Source: Candidatus Binataceae bacterium
GTDB lineage: Bacteria; Desulfobacterota; Binatia; Binatales; Binataceae
Assembly (NCBI GenBank): GCA_050736695.1
Contig: JBOHWH010000170.1
Location: 1,973-65,972 of the forward strand
Length of the DNA: 64,000 nucleotides
Reading direction: 5' to 3'
Position numbers and translations under genes: made by a program. The stretch's first letter is position 1, and each line of letters begins with the position of its first letter. The notes beneath the pieces were generated by a model. That model was given only the letters and a program-made list of their open reading frames with translations. It made no database searches and had not been told where the DNA came from. Below, piece after piece: positions 62,514-64,000 of this stretch.

Positions 62514-63665
62514 ATGATTGGTCCCGACCAAATCTGGGGCGAGGCGGTTCGCACGCTTGAAGGCGGCGCGACTTTCGCGCTCGCAACTGTAATCAATGTC
62601 CGCGGTTCCACTCCGCGCGAGATCGGCGCGAAGATGATCGTCCGCATCGACGGCCAGTTCGGCACGATCGGCGGCGGATGCGGCGAAGCCGAGGTCTTCC
62701 GCAAGGCGAGGATTCTGCTCGACGAAGGGCAGGGCGCCCGGCTGGCCGAAGTCGATCTCACCGGCGATTTCGATCAAAAGGAAATCGGAACCTGCGGCGG
62801 GATCATGGACGTCTTCGTCGATATCTGGAAACCCGAGTCAGATCTCGACACCGCCCGGCGCCTGTATGACGCCGCGGCGCACAGCCGGCCGGCCGCTCTG
62901 ATCACTCTGGTCGATCCGGGAGCTGACGCCGCCGGAAAGATCGGCGCGCGCTCGGTGCTCGATCTTTCCGCGGGTAGCGCGTCGGCGCCGATCGGGATCA
63001 CGCCGCGCGCGATGGCGCAGCTCGGAGTCCGCGCGGCCGACGGAACCGCGGTGCTGGTCGAGGTCAGCGAAAACGGCGGCGCGAATCCGGTTTCGCGGAT
63101 CGAATCTTCCGGCGCCCCGCGTCTTTTTCTGGATCCGGTCTCGGGCGCGCAGCGTCTCGTGATCGCGGGCGCGGGCCATATCGCGCAGCCGCTGGCGGCT
63201 CTGGGCTCGATGCTCGGGTTCCACGTCACGGTTATCGACGACCGCGCCTCGTTCGCGAATCGGGAGCGGTTTCCTAACGCCGACGAGATTATCGTCCGCC
63301 CGTTCGGCCCCGCGGTCCAGGCGCTCAACCTCGATCGCCATTGCTACCTGGTTTCGGTCACGCGCGGCCATTCGTTCGACGAGGACGTAGTCCTGACCGC
63401 GCTGCGCAAAAGCCACGGCGCGTTTATCGGGATGATCGGATCGCGCCGCCGGGTCAAGGCGACGCTCGATCGAATCGGCGCGATGGGAGTATCCAAAGAG
63501 CTGATCGATCAAGTCCATGCGCCGCTCGGCATAGATATCGCGGCCGAGACGCCCGAGGAAATTGCCCTCTCGATTATCGGCGAGATCGTTCGCGAGCGCC
63601 GCGGCGGAGTGCGCGACGAAGCCAACCTGGGCGTGAAGGCCGGGCGCCTGCGGCCGCATCGCTGA
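62514..63665 (+). CDS. xdhC: XdhC/CoxI-family molybdoenzyme maturation factor
   Basis: XdhC_CoxI N-domain (ATVINVRGSTPREIGAKM...GGGCGEAEV) and Rossmann XdhC_C (LVIAGAGHIAQPLA). Confidence 0.8.
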   Translation: MIGPDQIWGEAVRTLEGGATFALATVINVRGSTPREIGAKMIVRIDGQFGTIGGGCGEAEVFRKARILLDEGQGARLAEVDLTGDFDQKEIGTCGGIMDVFVDIWKPESDLDTARRLYDAAAHSRPAALITLVDPGADAAGKIGARSVLDLSAGSASAPIGITPRAMAQLGVRAADGTAVLVEVSENGGANPVSRIESSGAPRLFLDPVSGAQRLVIAGAGHIAQPLAALGSMLGFHVTVIDDRASFANRERFPNADEIIVRPFGPAVQALNLDRHCYLVSVTRGHSFDEDVVLTALRKSHGAFIGMIGSRRRVKATLDRIGAMGVSKELIDQVHAPLGIDIAAETPEEIALSIIGEIVRERRGGVRDEANLGVKAGRLRPHR

Positions 63666-63666
63666 C

Positions 63667-64000
63667 GTGGCCGCCGATCGTATCGACGCGATTTTGCTTG
63701 CCGCCGGCGAGTCGCGCCGGATGGGATTCCCCAAACCTCTGCTCCACCTCGGGGGCGACACGTTCATCGCGCACACGCTGCGCCTGATACTTCCCGCCGT
63801 CGATCGCGTCGTGATCGTGCTCGGCGCGCACGCCGAAAGAATTCGCGCCGCGATTCCCGCCGCTTCGCGAATCTCGATCGTCGAGAATCCCGGCTACGCG
63901 CAAGGCCAGCTCTCGTCCCTGAAAATCGGTCTCGGCGCTTTTCCACCAGAAACCTGCGCCGCGATGGTGCATCTCGCGGACCATCCTCTTGTCACCGGCG
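63667..64000 (+). CDS. MobA-like NTP transferase (MocA-type molybdenum cofactor cytidylyltransferase), 3' end outside window
   Basis: AILLAAGESRRMGFPKPLL nucleotide-binding motif; GTG start overlaps xdhC stop. Confidence 0.6.
   Translation, partial: MAADRIDAILLAAGESRRMGFPKPLLHLGGDTFIAHTLRLILPAVDRVVIVLGAHAERIRAAIPAASRISIVENPGYAQGQLSSLKIGLGAFPPETCAAMVHLADHPLVTG

Overview
High-GC (~65%) chromosomal segment from a Gram-negative (diderm) bacterium; candidate lineages such as a delta-proteobacterial or acidobacterial-type organism are only a guess from gene content. Coding density is high and many adjacent genes share 4-nt start/stop overlaps. Calls are made by reading motifs directly in the six-frame translations; no database searches were possible.

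Content, left to right:
- 1-4 kb: the tail of a dcw cell-division cluster (murB partial, an FtsQ-like gene, ftsA, ftsZ).
- 4.2-6 kb: a GTP-dependent PEP carboxykinase.
- 6.2-10 kb: a TetR-headed five-gene operon on the minus strand carrying two tandem ferritin-like diiron paralogs, two NTF2-like small proteins and one unknown protein.
- 10-11.3 kb: a divergently transcribed MFS transporter interrupted by an in-frame amber codon.
- 11.5-16.2 kb: an F420/deazaflavin-type nitroreductase-family protein, a second MFS transporter, a JAMM/MPN+ metalloprotease, a ketopantoate-reductase-family gene and a DHOD-like gene.
- 16.2-17.5 kb: tRNA-Glu, a 24-aa stand-alone SEC-C-motif peptide gene, and an AhpD-like gene whose catalytic CxxC is encoded CxxU (in-frame TGA) with a hairpin 14 nt downstream, so a putative selenoprotein.
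- 17.5-21.2 kb: an FAD oxidoreductase, an SDR and a Gly/aromatic-rich secreted protein.
- 21.5-23.6 kb: a secreted Thr/Pro-linker beta-helix protein that has a sigma-54-type promoter.
- 24-29.8 kb: two paralogous Cys-rich small proteins, a DUF1329-like periplasmic protein, a PhyH-family dioxygenase, a split chromate-transporter pair and an unrecognised hypothetical protein.
- 29.9-31.2 kb: a GabT-like aminotransferase.
- 31.4-37 kb: a tightly coupled hexacistron alternating three sulfotransferases with three GT2 glycosyltransferases (ST-GT-ST-GT-GT-ST), next to a domainless sigma-54 activator (PspF/HrpS-like).
- 38.6-49.2 kb: an AidB-like acyl-CoA dehydrogenase abutting tRNA-Lys, then a TetR plus an MdtABC-like RND efflux operon.
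- 49.2-51 kb: a lipoprotein and a SatP-like acetate transporter.
- 51.4-60.1 kb: a complete Tad/Flp pilus locus (flp, cpaB, cpaC, cpaE, cpaF, tadB, tadC, TPR protein) whose flp gene is preceded by a near-consensus sigma-54 promoter.
- 60.1-64 kb: a Bcp peroxiredoxin, a second diverged inverted paralog of the sigma-54 activator, a small secreted protein, and xdhC plus a MocA-like gene (partial).

Most interesting: the putative selenoprotein, the sulfotransferase/GT2 alternating cluster, the TetR/NTF2/diiron operon, and the sigma-54 promoters (flp, beta-helix adhesin-like gene, one orphan antisense promoter) that may form a small regulon under the two domainless activators.
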